A stretch of 64,000 bases of DNA. It comes from Balamuthia mandrillaris (Eukaryota). Below, one piece after another: positions 50,001 through 64,000 of this stretch (the first letter of the stretch is position 1; every line of letters begins with the position of its first letter). Under the pieces are notes generated by a model. It was not told where the DNA came from, ran no database searches, and saw nothing but the letters and a program-made list of their open reading frames with translations. The position numbers were made by a program, and so were the translations under genes. The stretch is taken from contig JAVKOQ020000063.1 of the NCBI GenBank assembly GCA_031835245.2, positions 1 to 64,000 of the forward strand. Direction: 5' to 3'.

Positions 50001-50548
50001 CACAGGTTCTGTAACAACAGAAAGAGAGAGCAGAGAGCAGAGAGCAGAGAGCAGAGAGCAGAGAGAGAGGAGAAAGAATACAGAAAGGCCTTGAACAGTG
50101 CCACGGATAAGAGTGCCAGGGTGGCCTTTAACAGTGGGTGTGGGCATGTACGGTATGTCCGTGTAGCTGAGCTCCTGTGCTCGGGAAAAACAAAAAAAAA
50201 AACCCAAGTGAGAACACGAAAAGGCTGTCACTGTAACGCTAGTCTACTGCTGAACCTTCTTGTTCTCTATGACGTCCACGAAATCTTTGAGGCCACTGCC
50301 GAGCACCAGGGCTATTCTGGCCTCCCCCAAATGTTCTCTCACATACTTGGCGGCCTCCAGCAGTTGTTGATAATACTCGTCCGTCTGTTATACCCCCGCC
50401 TGTTAGCAACAACAAAAAACAACAAACCAACACCACACCCCTCTCCACCTCCACCTCCTCCCCCAAATTTTAATGCCACCAAGCGGCGGCAGCAGCAGCA
50501 ACGTACGTTCTCTGCCAACGGGTGAGCAACGTGCGCCTCCTTTTCCAT
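46458..50548 (-). CDS. Purine nucleoside phosphorylase with three tandem trimeric-class PNP domains (end 46458 or 46573)
   Basis: Domain 1 VLGSGL, GRTHAYEG, TNAAGG, GPTYETPAE, GMSTVPE, ITN; domains 2 and 3 are degenerate repeats of the same motifs; exons join in frame. Confidence 0.85.
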
Positions 50549-50924
50549 TTTCTTGCTCCTTTGCGGCGGCGGCGGTAGTACGAGTGGTAGCAGGGGTAGT
50601 GGTGGCAGTGGTTGTGCACTAGGCCACCTTTATATAGATATCTCCTAGCGCTGTGCCTCCTGTGCGTCACTACCGTCGACAAAAACCAAATAAAAAATAT
50701 TCGAAACAACAAACCTGAGGCAAACAAACTGTCTCCTCAGCGCTCCAGGCCGTGCACCTCTACTTGGGGGAGTGAAGTGAGTTGGGTTCCCCCTCTCCTC
50801 TCCTCTCCTCTCCTCCTCCTTTCTATTTTTTTTTCGTTCTGTTTTGAAAGTGAGTGAGACCAGCGCGGCGGTGGTTGATTAGCTGCACCGAGTGCAGCGA
50901 GTCACTGAAAGACAAAAAGAAAGG

Positions 50925-52363
50925 ATGCTACGTCATGAGGCGGCAGATGGCAGTGCGGAGGGCAGCGGCGGTGGCAAAGAGCAGGCCCTCCACCTGCCTG
51001 CAGCTGGAAGGTTATCGCGGTTGTTGTCCGCAAGCAGCCAGCTGACGTACGAGGAATTTCTTCGTGACAGCAGCAACTATGAGTTCACGCCGCTGAAGAT
51101 CCCTCTTGAGGCCGCCTTTGAAGACAGCGTATGGCTAATTTCCTTCTTGTTGTCTTATGTTGTTCTTGTTCTTCTTGCTGTTGTTGTTCTTGTTCTTCTT
51201 GTTTTTGTTTTTGTTCTTGTTCTTCTTCTTCTTCTTCTTCTTCTTCTTGTTCTTGTTCTTGTTCTTGTTCTTCTTCTTCTTCTTCTTCTTCTTCTTCTTC
51301 TTCTTCTTCTTCTTCTTCTTCTTCTTCTTCTTCTTCTTCTTCTCCTTCTTCTTCTTCCTTCTTTGCTCGCTCTGTCCTCAACGTGTTTAACCCCAAGCTT
51401 CCAAAAAAAAAAGGATGAAGACAAGTCAAAGGATGAGGAAGAGGATGGACAAGAGCGGGACAAGTCGCCTTGTTCTTCTTCTCCTTCCTCCTCACGAACG
51501 CGGGACCACAACGAGCGACCAACAAAGCGTCCTCGCTCTCGCTCCTTATCTCAATTGCGTACTAGCGAAGGTCTAGACACTACAGCCATCATTCGAGAGT
51601 GTGACTATTGTCGCGTCACTGAGACACCAAGTTTGTCTTTTGTTCTTGTTTCTCTCTTCTTGTTCTTGCCTTGTTCTTGTTCTTTTTCTTGTTATTCTTC
51701 TGCCTCTTCCTCTTGTTCTTCTTCTTGGTTTCTCACTAAATAAATACATCCAGTGTGGAGAAGAGGGCCACATGGAAAAGGCACGTTGTGCAATGCATGC
51801 GGTGTGCGTTGGAGTCTTACCGCAAAGAAAGCTAACAACGGTTCTTCACCAAGTGAGACACCTGTCTTAGTGGGAAGGTCGAGTAATTCTTGTTCTCATT
51901 TTATATCATACCTCTTGCAATCGCTCTATCTTTACTGAACTGAACGTTTTAGAAAAGAGAAGAAGAGAAGGCAACAAGAACAAGAGAAGCAAAAACTGAA
52001 ACAACAAAGAAAGAAAGTAGAGGCTAAGGGACGAGACCCCAAACGGAAATCCAGTGGAAACAATTCCTTGCCACGACCTTCCAAACAAAATGTGGAAGAA
52101 GACCACAACACAAAATATATGGTAAGGACGTCGCGCTTTTGGAGAAGGAATCGTTTCTTATTTCAGTCTCTCTTGCTTATATACGACTCAGCCGCAAAAT
52201 GGAGTGTATTATTGTAGATATTGCAACAGAACATGGCCATTGAGCGCATTTCGTAACAGCCAGCAGTTTGGTGCTCATTGCAGCAACTGCTCTAGAAAAC
52301 GCAAAGCAACTAATGGTACTTTCTTATGCAGTTTGCTCTTCTGCTTTACACGCCAGCACTTAT

Positions 52364-52405
<42 letters not shown>

Positions 52406-53389
52406 GCTCTCCTTCTCGTGCATCCAGAGGAAGAGATGGCTCCTCCAAAAAAGAGTACACTACATTCCAAGAAATCAAGCAACAAAGCGACAGGCAAAGA
52501 CGTTGCCTCATCCAAAAAGCAGAAAAAGCACGGGGGCAAAGGTAACAAATCATCTCCTGCTGAAAGGGATGAAGAAGATGAAGCCAACGAAGAGGAAGAT
52601 GAGGAAGAGAATGAGACCGATTCACCAGAAAGTACTTCATCATCCACAACGCACAAAGAGAAAGGTGAAGATGACGCCCTTCTTCAATCTAGAAAGAGAA
52701 AGCACACGATGGAGCAGCTACAAGAAGGAGTGCTACAGCTGCGCACCGAAGCAGCGGAGGGGGAGAGAAGAGCTGCAGCTCAAGCCAAGCAAGTCAAGCA
52801 CAGTTCACTGCGAGAAGTGTTGGACATGAGGCGGCAGTTCTTCTACGAGTTAGACGTGATGGAGGCCTCTCTCCGTGCACAGCTCAGAGGAGAGGAGGAG
52901 AGAGAGCAGGAAGCACTTGCCGAGATAAGCAGACAGGCAAAGCAACTGGAGGAAGCCTTGGCCGCTGAGAAAGAGGAGATTGACCGTTTCCTATCCTCTT
53001 CTACTGCTTCCTCATCAACCCAACAACAACGAGACAAGCTAATCGGACAACTTACGCAAGTATCAGCGCTCCTGACGGCACATCGCGAGTCCGTGGTAAG
53101 CGACGTCCAGCAACAAGGCACAAACTTGGCAGAGCGTTGCTTTGCCCAGTGGCAGGAAGTCAGGCAGCACACCAGCCGCAGCCTTTTCCACGTGGAGGAG
53201 AACCTGCGCACTCTTTGTCGTGATGCCAAGGGGCATGCTTCTGATAGTGCGGAGCGATGCGTTCAGCGGATTGATCAGCTATCCACCTTTGTAAATCGTG
53301 TCTGTGAGGCGGATGAGCGACCCAAAGAAGAAGGGGATGAAGAAGAGGAAGAACTTGAGGAAGATGAGGAGGAAGGGGATGATAGTTAA
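50925..53389 (+). CDS. GATA zinc-finger transcription factor with a second Cys finger and C-terminal coiled coil
   Basis: [26 protein letters not shown] (C-x2-C-x18-C-x2-C) assembled across an intron. Confidence 0.85.
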
Positions 53390-53569
53390 CAGTTCCCTAT
53401 AAGTGGAACTTCTCTCTCTCTCCCTCCTCTCGAGCATCAAACTGTACAGGTATGGATTAGGCGGCGCCATTGTCATCAAATGTTAATATTATTCACACAT
53501 AAAAGCACAAGCAGTTTATCTTTTTGTTTTTGTTTTGCTCATGGAAAGGGAAAGAAAATAATGTGGGGA

Positions 53570-55850
<2,281 letters not shown>

Positions 55851-56077
55851 TTTCTTCTTTTTTCTTCCCTTCTTCCCGTTGTTGTTGTTTTTATTATTAT
55901 TTATATTTTTTTCAAACCCTTTTTTTTATTTTATTGTTTGGAGAATGATGTCGACATTTATTTTATTCGTCGACATATGGACCTCTGCTTGCCGACAAAT
56001 AGTGCAGCAATGGTGCACGAATGGGGGGGTTAAGTGCACAAAACGAGCAGCCGCGCTGCTGCTCGTGCTGACGTGGG

Positions 56078-56892
56078 CTATGGTGGAGGGAAGAAGATGA
56101 GGTGGGGCCGCTCCCTGGCCAGCGCCAGGATCAGCTCGCCAAAGAGGGAGTTGGCCCAGGCGAACCACGGGCGAGTGTACCGGTTGGCGTCGTCCTTCCA
56201 GAAGCTCTCGTGCATGAAGCCCGTGCCGGCCGACGAAGCTTTGATTTGGTCGAGCAACAATGCGATCTCTGTATCGTTGTTGCTGGTGAGGGCCTTTGTT
56301 GTGCAGTGCACTCAGTGTCGGTGGCCAAGAAGGAGAAGAGAAGAGGAGAGAGGGACAAGGAAAGAAGAGAGCCATTGTGGTATGCATGGTACCTGCATGA
56401 TCAAGGCCATAGGCCAAATGTACGAGAGGCCAGTATGAGGGCTGCCCACTCCCGCCGCTACAGTGCCGCTGGAAAAATAGGGATTCGCAGCGCTGAGCAC
56501 CAACTTTCTGGTGTTGAGATAGAGCGGGTCCTCCCTCGCCACATAGCCCAAGTAGGGCAAGCTCAAGAGGCTGGGCAGGTTGGCATCGTCCATGAAGAGG
56601 GCGGAGCCGAAGCCATCCGCCTCGTAGGCATAGACGCGACCCACGTCCGTGCGGCCGATGATGCCCACGCTGTTGATGGCTTGCTGGATAGTATTGGCCA
56701 GGAGGAGGGCCTGCTTGGCCAGTAAGGGAGAGAGGTTGAGGGCGAGGAGCATCTCAGAGAGGTGCTGTAGTTCCACCACGGCCATGGCGTTGGAGGCGAT
56801 GTTGAAGGGTAACGTGGTGGCATCATCAGAGGGTCTGAATGCAGTCTTTACCAATCCTATATGCTTGTTTTGTCATCCAAGGGAAACGCGAG

Positions 56893-56943
<51 letters not shown>

Positions 56944-57305
56944 CGTAATAACACAAAAGAGAGAGAAGGATAAGGATTCGGACCACACCGCTTGGCTGGA
57001 GGACCCTGCATTTGAAGCATGAGGGTATCCGTAGCGACGGTGGTTTGTCTGGCAAAGAGGTAAGGAGGGTTTGCTAAGGTTTCCTCAGTGCCGGCCTGCT
57101 GGACCATCATCGTATTTACGATGAGGGTGACCGCTTGCAGCCAGGCACTGTCGAAACATGAAGCGGACTGGGTGGCGTTCCAGTATTGGTAGGACAGCTT
57201 CAACACTGCCAACAGCGAATCCAGCTCGTACTTGCCCTCGTACACATGAAGCGTCATGGGTGGCTTCCTGGTATCTCCTTTGTTTGGTTTTGATGATATG
57301 GGTGA

Positions 57306-57368
<63 letters not shown>

Positions 57369-58049
57369 AAGAGAAGAGAAAGAAAGATGAAGAGAATAGT
57401 GGGCATGAAAGTAAGAAAGAAGGAGAAGCATAGAGAAGCAGAGAAAACATGCAACAGAGGCGGAAAAAACCTTGGTTAGGCCCTCCCTCGTTGGCATAGT
57501 TGAAGGCATTGGCGTAAGGGTCCCAAAGCACGTTGGCCACGGACCGTTTGATCAGGCCGCACAGCAGCAGGCTCAAGGGCTTGTCCTGCGTTGCAAACGG
57601 CACATAAGGCAGCACCTGGTTCATGCTGTCTCGCAACCACTGTTGTTGAAAGCAAGATAGCTGGGTCAAGATAGATGGGTCTCTTGGGACAAAGGGGGGC
57701 CCTCACACCCTCTCCAACAAACCATAGCGTCAATGTCGCCGGTGATGATGAAGGCATCGGGGTTGGTGCCGGTGAGGTTGTAGTACTGCACGGTGGTGTC
57801 CAGCGTGTTGGGGAGGCAGTTCTCAAAGAGCTGGCCCAGCTCCGGGTCGATGAACCTGGGCAGGTACCGGGCGATGAGCTCGTTGACGGCGACGCTGGTG
57901 AACTTTCGTTGGGCGGGAGGGATCCTGCCCTCCGAGACGGAGCACAGCAGCCCCAGAAGAAAGAGCACCGCCAGCAGCAGTGCTGCTACCTTGCCGCTGC
58001 CCCCTCCTCCTCCTCCTCGCCCCTTCTCCCCTCCCTCAAAGGGCAGCAT
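56078..58049 (-). CDS. Glycoside hydrolase family 125 (exo-alpha-1,6-mannosidase-like), secreted
   Basis: ITGDIDAM|WLRDS, KYELDSL, FRPSDD, MDDANLPSLL, GSPHT, MHESF, TRPWFAWANSLFGE; N-terminal hydrophobic signal. Confidence 0.93.
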
Positions 58050-58219
58050 CCTTCTGATGTGTTAGTTTTTTTTTTTTGCGTTGTTCGAGGGCCCATCCTA
58101 GTCACAATTTTCTTCGTCTTTCCGTCGCTCCGACGTGTCGCTGCTGTAACAAATAAGAAACCGTGGCGGGAAGAATTTGTCTATCGTCCTCGAAAGCAAG
58201 AACAGAAGAGAAGAGAAGG

Positions 58220-59813
58220 ATGAGCGGTGGGGGAGGAGGGGGTTGGTGGCATGCCTCCACGCCGGAGGACGATGAGATGGCGGTGGCCACCTGGAAAGCC
58301 TTTTCGCGTTGGTACAGGCAGGAGGTTCCGGCCAAGTGGATGCGCATGAGCGACGAGCAGGTCGGGAGGGAGTTCGAGCGGTTCCTCGTGGACATAGAAA
58401 TCAGGCCCCCCTGTTTTTATCGGGCGGAGGAAAAGGAAGAAGATGAACAAGATGATGAAGAAGAAGCACAAGAAGAACAGAAAGTAGTAGAAGAAGAAGA
58501 ACAAGAAGAAGCGAAAGAGGAAGGAAAGGTACGAGAACGTGCTGCCTGTGAAGTAGTTATGGAAGGATCGAGCAACGAGGTTGCAGAGGGAACAGGAGGT
58601 CATGGAGCGGTTGAAGCACCAGCACCAATGCACCACCACCCTGTGGAGGAGAACAGCAATTCAGGACGAGGAGGAGAGGTGCCGGTGGGGAGTGAGCCAG
58701 CACGGAACGAAGCCAAGGGAGTGGCGCCGACCTGCAACGCTCCTCAAGACGCTCGCCCCGTTTTGTTGGACTTGACGGCGACGGAGACGGCATCGACGCC
58801 GCCACAACACTCCCCACCCGCCACCACGATCACCACCAAACCCAGCAAACAGAGAAAGAAGAAGCAAAGGGACGATGAGGAGATGGAAGAGAAAAAGGAC
58901 AAAGAGGAGAGGAAACGGAGAAAGAGGGACAGAGGAAAGGCCAAACTGCAACAAGGAGAGAAGACAGAGGGCGAGGATGGCCAAACCAAACCACGCAAAA
59001 GGAGAAAGAAGAGCAAAGAGCGGGAGCAACCGCGCGCCACCAAGAGCAAAAAGAGCAAAACGATGACGGCCGCAGCATCGACGACTGCCGGGACAAGAAG
59101 AAGGCAAGACGGGACGCGAGAAAAGAAGCAACGGGGACCTAAGCAGTTCATCTACCTGCCATACAAAGACACAGAGATGGAGCTCATCTGCTGGCGACCA
59201 GGACGGCGACGGGAGCACGATGGTAGACCTTATCTCAGGGCCATGTTTCTGGATGAAGTGGGTATCAGCCGTCTGCTGGACCCAACCAGGAAGCGTATCC
59301 CTTTGGACGCTCTTTGGCAAAGGGCCACTGCAAAACACGAAGGGAAAGGAGGAAAAGAAGAAGGCGACAGCAGTAACAGCCGCGTAAAGAACAAGCTATT
59401 TCTTCAGCGGAACATAAGGAGAATGCAGGGCATGAATAAGGCGTTAAGCCAAGGCAAGAAGGACTGGTATGGCACTGCCGATAAGGGCAAGCCTGGAGTG
59501 AAGGCAAAACCCCTTCTCTATCCCGAAGACTGGGACAAGATCATGTCCTCTAACAGCGAAAAGAAGAAAGAGCGACAACCAGCCAAAAAGAAGAGTGGCG
59601 ACCGGTCCGTCAGTGCAGATGGTCACAAGAAACATCAGAAAACAAAAACAGAGCAGAGGATTAGTTCTTCTTCGAGTTCTTCTTCTTCTTCCTCCTCCTC
59701 CTCCTCCTCCTCCTCTGTTAGGCCAACCAGAGCACAACGAACACGTACCAGAAGCGTTGCAGCGGTGGTACCTAACATGCAGACTTCTCTGGATGGACGC
59801 TATTGGCAAATCT

Positions 59814-59815
<2 letters not shown>
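58220..59815 (+). CDS. Hypothetical intronless Lys/Glu-rich protein
   Basis: Single open frame of ~530 codons; no recognised domain; (CT)n tract directly after the stop. Confidence 0.6.
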
Positions 59816-59855
<40 letters not shown>

Positions 59856-59871
59856 AACAATAGAGTTATTA

Positions 59872-61036
59872 TTATAGAACAACGTCAGATGGAGTCGAGG
59901 GTGTTGATGCCAAATCAGCAGACACCCCTTCTTCCTCATATCCCTCTTTCTGCGTGTGATGTTGATGATGCTGCAAGATCTCAAGCCACAACAGCTCCTT
60001 TTGCTCCAATGAGAGGCCACCATCATGCTCCTTCTCTACCAGCATATGAAACTCCACATCCATTTGCTTCTTTACATCCACATAGACAATAACACGGTGC
60101 AGCTCAGGCATGAGCCCAGGTATTCTGTTTCCTCCCTTCAAGTGCTTGCTCATCTTGGTCGGATGTAGTCCCATCAGGTATCCCATGAGCTGCTTACGCC
60201 GTACCTCTGGCAGGTTCTGTTGTTGCTGCAGCTCTAACCGTTTGCTCCAGTCGGTGATGTAGAGGTATTGTTCGCTCTGCCACTTGCTGAAGCCTCCCAA
60301 GTCTTTTTTGTTGACCGCCTTCACTTGTTTGTCCCCTTCTGTTTCTTGTTCTCCTTGCGTTATACTTTCTGTTTCCTGATTCTTTGCTTCTTGTGCAGTT
60401 TTGGTTAACCGAGTTTCGAGGTCCGGAATAAGCGCCAGCGGATTGTAGAGCACCATATCCATGAATAGTTTGACTCCTTGGGCTTTCTTTATGTCATTTA
60501 GAAGAAAGCTGTGTTAGCCACTGTGGCCTTGAAGCGAGAAGCAAGGAAGAGAAGGCAAGAGAACGAGAGTGAGCAGAAGCGAGCAAAAGCAGAGAGAAGA
60601 GAGGAGAGAAGCAAAGGGGACACACCTTCGTTTCAGCTTTTAACACTTTGTGAAGGGAGAACCAAGGTTGATCCAGATTCACATCGTGGTAAGCTGGTGA
60701 GGATAGCACTTCCGCATACGCCTCGCTGATTTTCTTCGTTGCAAACTAACAAAACAATATGAACGTTGGTCAGCGAACACTTCAAAGGCCGAAAATAAAA
60801 GAACCTACCTGAGCAGCTGCCAACACTCCAGGATGGTCCACTTCGATGGGCTCTTTAGGTCCAAAGACCTTTCCCATGGGGGAAGGCTCCGTTTGGTTTT
60901 GTTGCTGCTGCTGTTGCACCATGCTCACCTCACCACTTGCAGATATACAGGCAAACACAACGCAACAGTAGCTCAGCAAGAGGTACCCAAAGAGCCGATC
61001 TTTCTTCCGCCGGTGCATGCTGCCGCATGTGCGCAT
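59872..61036 (-). CDS. Hypothetical secreted/anchored protein with a cystatin-like N-terminal region (3 exons)
   Basis: Hydrophobic leader; GPKEPIEVDHPGVLAAAQ|FA...LHKVLKAETK|KAQGVKLFMDM joined by phase-0 GT-AG introns. Confidence 0.6.
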
Positions 61037-61120
61037 GTCGTCGTGCTGTCTCTTTCTTCAAGAGTCACTTGTCGACACTTGCCAAAAAGGATGCTACACC
61101 GTTATATAACACTTGCTGAG

Positions 61121-61243
61121 GGAAAAGGCGTTCTTCATTTGGACACGAGAGGGGAGAGGGAGAGAGGTGTGAAGGGCAGGAGAGAAGGAGAGGAAAAGGC
61201 GTTCTTCATTTGGACGCGAGAGGGGGGGAGGGAGAGAGGTGTG
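61121..61243. repeat. ~50-bp direct duplication, period 71
   Basis: GGAAAAGGCGTTCTTCATTTGGAC.CGAGAGGGG at 61121 and 61192. Confidence 0.85.
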
Positions 61244-61285
61244 CGAGAGAATGAACAAGTAACCCGGAAAGAACGGTTGTTTTGT

Positions 61286-63950
61286 TTACAAAAAGTTGCG
61301 AGGAGGTAGCAACCACAGAGGTGGTGATTTGCTGTGCAACGAGGAAGTCACAGAAGCTGCTTGTGCTGCCGCATGCAAGCTCCACCCCACTTCTTGCACC
61401 AACTCTGAAAACAAGTCAAAATGAGAGTTTGAAATAAAAATGAATGCACAACCAGAAACCAAAATGTACCTTGAGCAATGCTAAGGTCCTTGTGTATTTC
61501 CTCAGGAATTGGAAGAAGCGAAAGCATTTTGTGGTCTGGAGCCTTGTGCACAATCTTTCTAGCAAACCCAAACATTCCACTCCCACCACTTCCACTCCCG
61601 CTTGCACCGCTGCTGGCTCCTGTTGCGTGCAGATGATGAGACTGAACTGGGAGACCGGACCACATCACGGCTGCCATTTTGGGAGGGATGAGAGAGGATA
61701 TGGCATCGTCGAGAGAGGGAAGCTCTTTTTCGGCTAACAGGGTAATGATTTTGTCCAACGTCTTGGCTACATCCACTTCTGTCGTTGGTTGCTTCAGTTG
61801 AACTGTCATTTCTTTAGCAGTTGTTTGGAGCGAGAGAAAGTCGTTAGAACTGGGAGGAATACAAGCAAAGAGAAGGGGTGAATGATGAGAAAATCACCTT
61901 TCATTTCATCGTCGTTAGCAACGGAGTCAAGAATGCCATTAATGATGTCGAGTGGAGAAGGAAGAGGAACATCCATGACTCGGGCTGCAGTTGGTTTGAT
62001 GGTTTCTCTTGGCAATATTTCTTTGATCAGTTGCAAGACGTGGAACAACGAAGCAGAGCTGCTCGAATCAGTTTCGAGGGATAAAGGCATGACCAGTTTT
62101 TCTCCTTTCTTCTTTACGGCATCCCTAAGTTCTTGAAGGAAGAGGAGCAAGTGAGGAAAGCTTGGCAACGCCACTGTCAAGAACTGCTGCTGCTTGTTGC
62201 ACAATTGAGAGAGATGGCCCAGCACTTGCTCCAACACTTTGGTGAGACCAACAGAAGAAGTAGATGATGTTGCTTGCCAGGTTTCTGGTGGCTGTAGAAG
62301 ATCGTACTGCTCTTCTTCGTTGCCACCTCCGGTAAGAATGAGTTGCAACAAACCGATACAATCAGGAAGAGTCAAAGATGAGAGTTCCGAAGAGAGCGCG
62401 ATGGGGCGTTTCTTCCACTCGTTCGCTTGCACAAGCAACTGTTGATGGAGGGAAGAAAGCAGGTCTTGCGCACATTGTTTAGGATGATGGATCGTCTCAA
62501 ACAACGTGACCTGCTTCCACGAGGGCTCAATCATGGTCAATTGGTGCACCATCTTTTGCATCACGTTCAAGATGTCAACTGTCTTCACGTCGGGACTCGT
62601 TCGAAGCACCACACCTCCGCCTTCTTTGTTCAGCTGCTTCGCATCATAGCGCAACATGATTTCAGCCGCCGTTTTATCGTCGCTTGTCGCCACAACGGCT
62701 GTTCCTTCTTTTCGCATCCCGCAAACGACTTGATCGTAGTAAGAATGGTCATAGCGATGCACTCGAGACTTGACCACTTGTTGCTTGCCAAAGTGGTAGG
62801 CAAAGGTGTGAAGAGCGCGATCGGTTAGCACCACCACTCTCTCTTGAAGCTTTCCTCTGAAGTTTACTTTGGTGCAGTTCCATGAGTGGATGATTGTTTC
62901 TGCTTGTAGTTCAGTTCCGCTTTCGTTCCGCCAATGTTCCACTGCCGCTAGTACAGCTTTGCTCTTGAAGAATGAAGATGTAAGTTAAACGAGTGGAGAG
63001 AGGGAGAGAGAGAGAGGGAGAGAGAGAGGTACTGGTTGATAGAAGCAGGGATGAGCGAGAACCCATTTTAACAGCTGGGTGTTGCCTTGCTCTTGAATGG
63101 CAGGAGATTTCGCAAACTGTTCCAGCAGAGCCAAAGCGGAGAGCTCCCCATCTATTGTTGCGTCTTTGACAGATTTCTTTCTGTCTGTTGCAGCAGCAAA
63201 AGGAGCACATTTGCGAAGGAGGACAGCCAGCATGATAGTCCTTGCGATTTGTGGTGCCGAATGGAAGCGTTGATGATGAAGAATGTCACTATCACCATCA
63301 TCACCACCAGCAACAACGTTATTGCTGTTGTTCCAAATAGAGTGCAATTCTAAAACAGCGGAGGAAGAAGATGACGAAGAAGAGAGAGGTTGAAAGAGTG
63401 CTTTTTTGTGATTGCTGTTGACTATTCGTACGTGCGATACGACCCCCAATATATCATTAGAACTCAGTGGATACGTTGCGAAGGTGCGTGGTGGGGAGAG
63501 CAGAAGTTGGATGGCTTCCAACACTGGTTGAAAGGAATAACATCCATCCCGGGCAGAGAGGCTACGAAGAAGACAAGCAGCAGCTCTATCATCATTGGAT
63601 GGAGGAGAAAAGGAATTCCAATCCACTTGAAGAAAGTTGGAGTCAGAAGAGAGAAGTTCGTTGATTTTGCTCTCGTAGAAAGGTATTATGTCTCCTTCCA
63701 AACGTTCTCTGTAGAGTTGCTTCTGAATGCGTTGAGATCGCGGGAAACGTCGCGAGAGCGCTTCAAACGTTTGGCTGTAGTAACTGTTATCGTTGTTGCT
63801 GTGCTGATGCGGGAGAAGAGGAATCATAGTGCCAAACACACCTTTACTGTAATCTCCGTTCACTTCAATCGTGAGGTGGGCGTTCTCGTCTGATAGTTGG
63901 CTCTCTGTCAGACTGATCAGTGGAGGTTCAACGACAGCTTCCTCTGTCAT
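61286..63950 (-). CDS. Hypothetical protein with a central PH-like (hSac2/TH1-type) domain (4 exons predicted)
   Basis: Three long ORFs joined in frame by GT-AG introns; SWNCTKVNFRGKLQERVVVLTDRALHTFAYHF. Confidence 0.65.
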
Positions 63951-64000
63951 CGTCTCTTTTCTCTTCTTTCTGTCAAAGCAATGCACTCGAATGGTCGCTA

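Noticed and set aside
56078..58049. GH125 as a recent bacterial transfer
   Set aside because: Has several typical introns, and the family is known in eukaryotes such as fungi

Overview
Eukaryotic, intron-rich nuclear DNA. The short GT-AG introns with pyrimidine microsatellites and the gene set suggest a free-living amoeba (Amoebozoa, Balamuthia/Acanthamoeba-like; inference). The first ~11.7 kb is a nested transposon island. It contains a young Ty3/Gypsy chromovirus (200-bp LTRs, 1 mismatch, no tRNA PBS) inserted in a LINE, several LINE fragments ending in (TAC)n, solo LTRs and a decayed Gypsy RT. A compact gene-dense region follows: CCT7, TBC Rab-GAP, FAMeT-BTB-BACK protein, NUDT18, SerRS, a Crinkler-like NTPase/REase pseudogene, Rab GDI, MAEA, DRG1, RPC6, INO1, SPT20, SAHH, PNP, GATA factor, STE20 kinase, GH125 and three poorly known genes. 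There are two highlights. (1) A purine nucleoside phosphorylase gene carries three tandem PNP domains; only domain 1 keeps the catalytic residues and only domain 3 keeps the trans-subunit Phe loop, suggesting a single-chain asymmetric pseudo-trimer. (2) An intact 2.64-kb PHIS/Harbinger-type (Pangu-like, ATT TSD) DNA transposon has a second gene that appears to fuse a Myb/SANT-like domain to an alpha-crystallin/HSP20-like domain. All domain calls are by eye, and exon boundaries are manual predictions.
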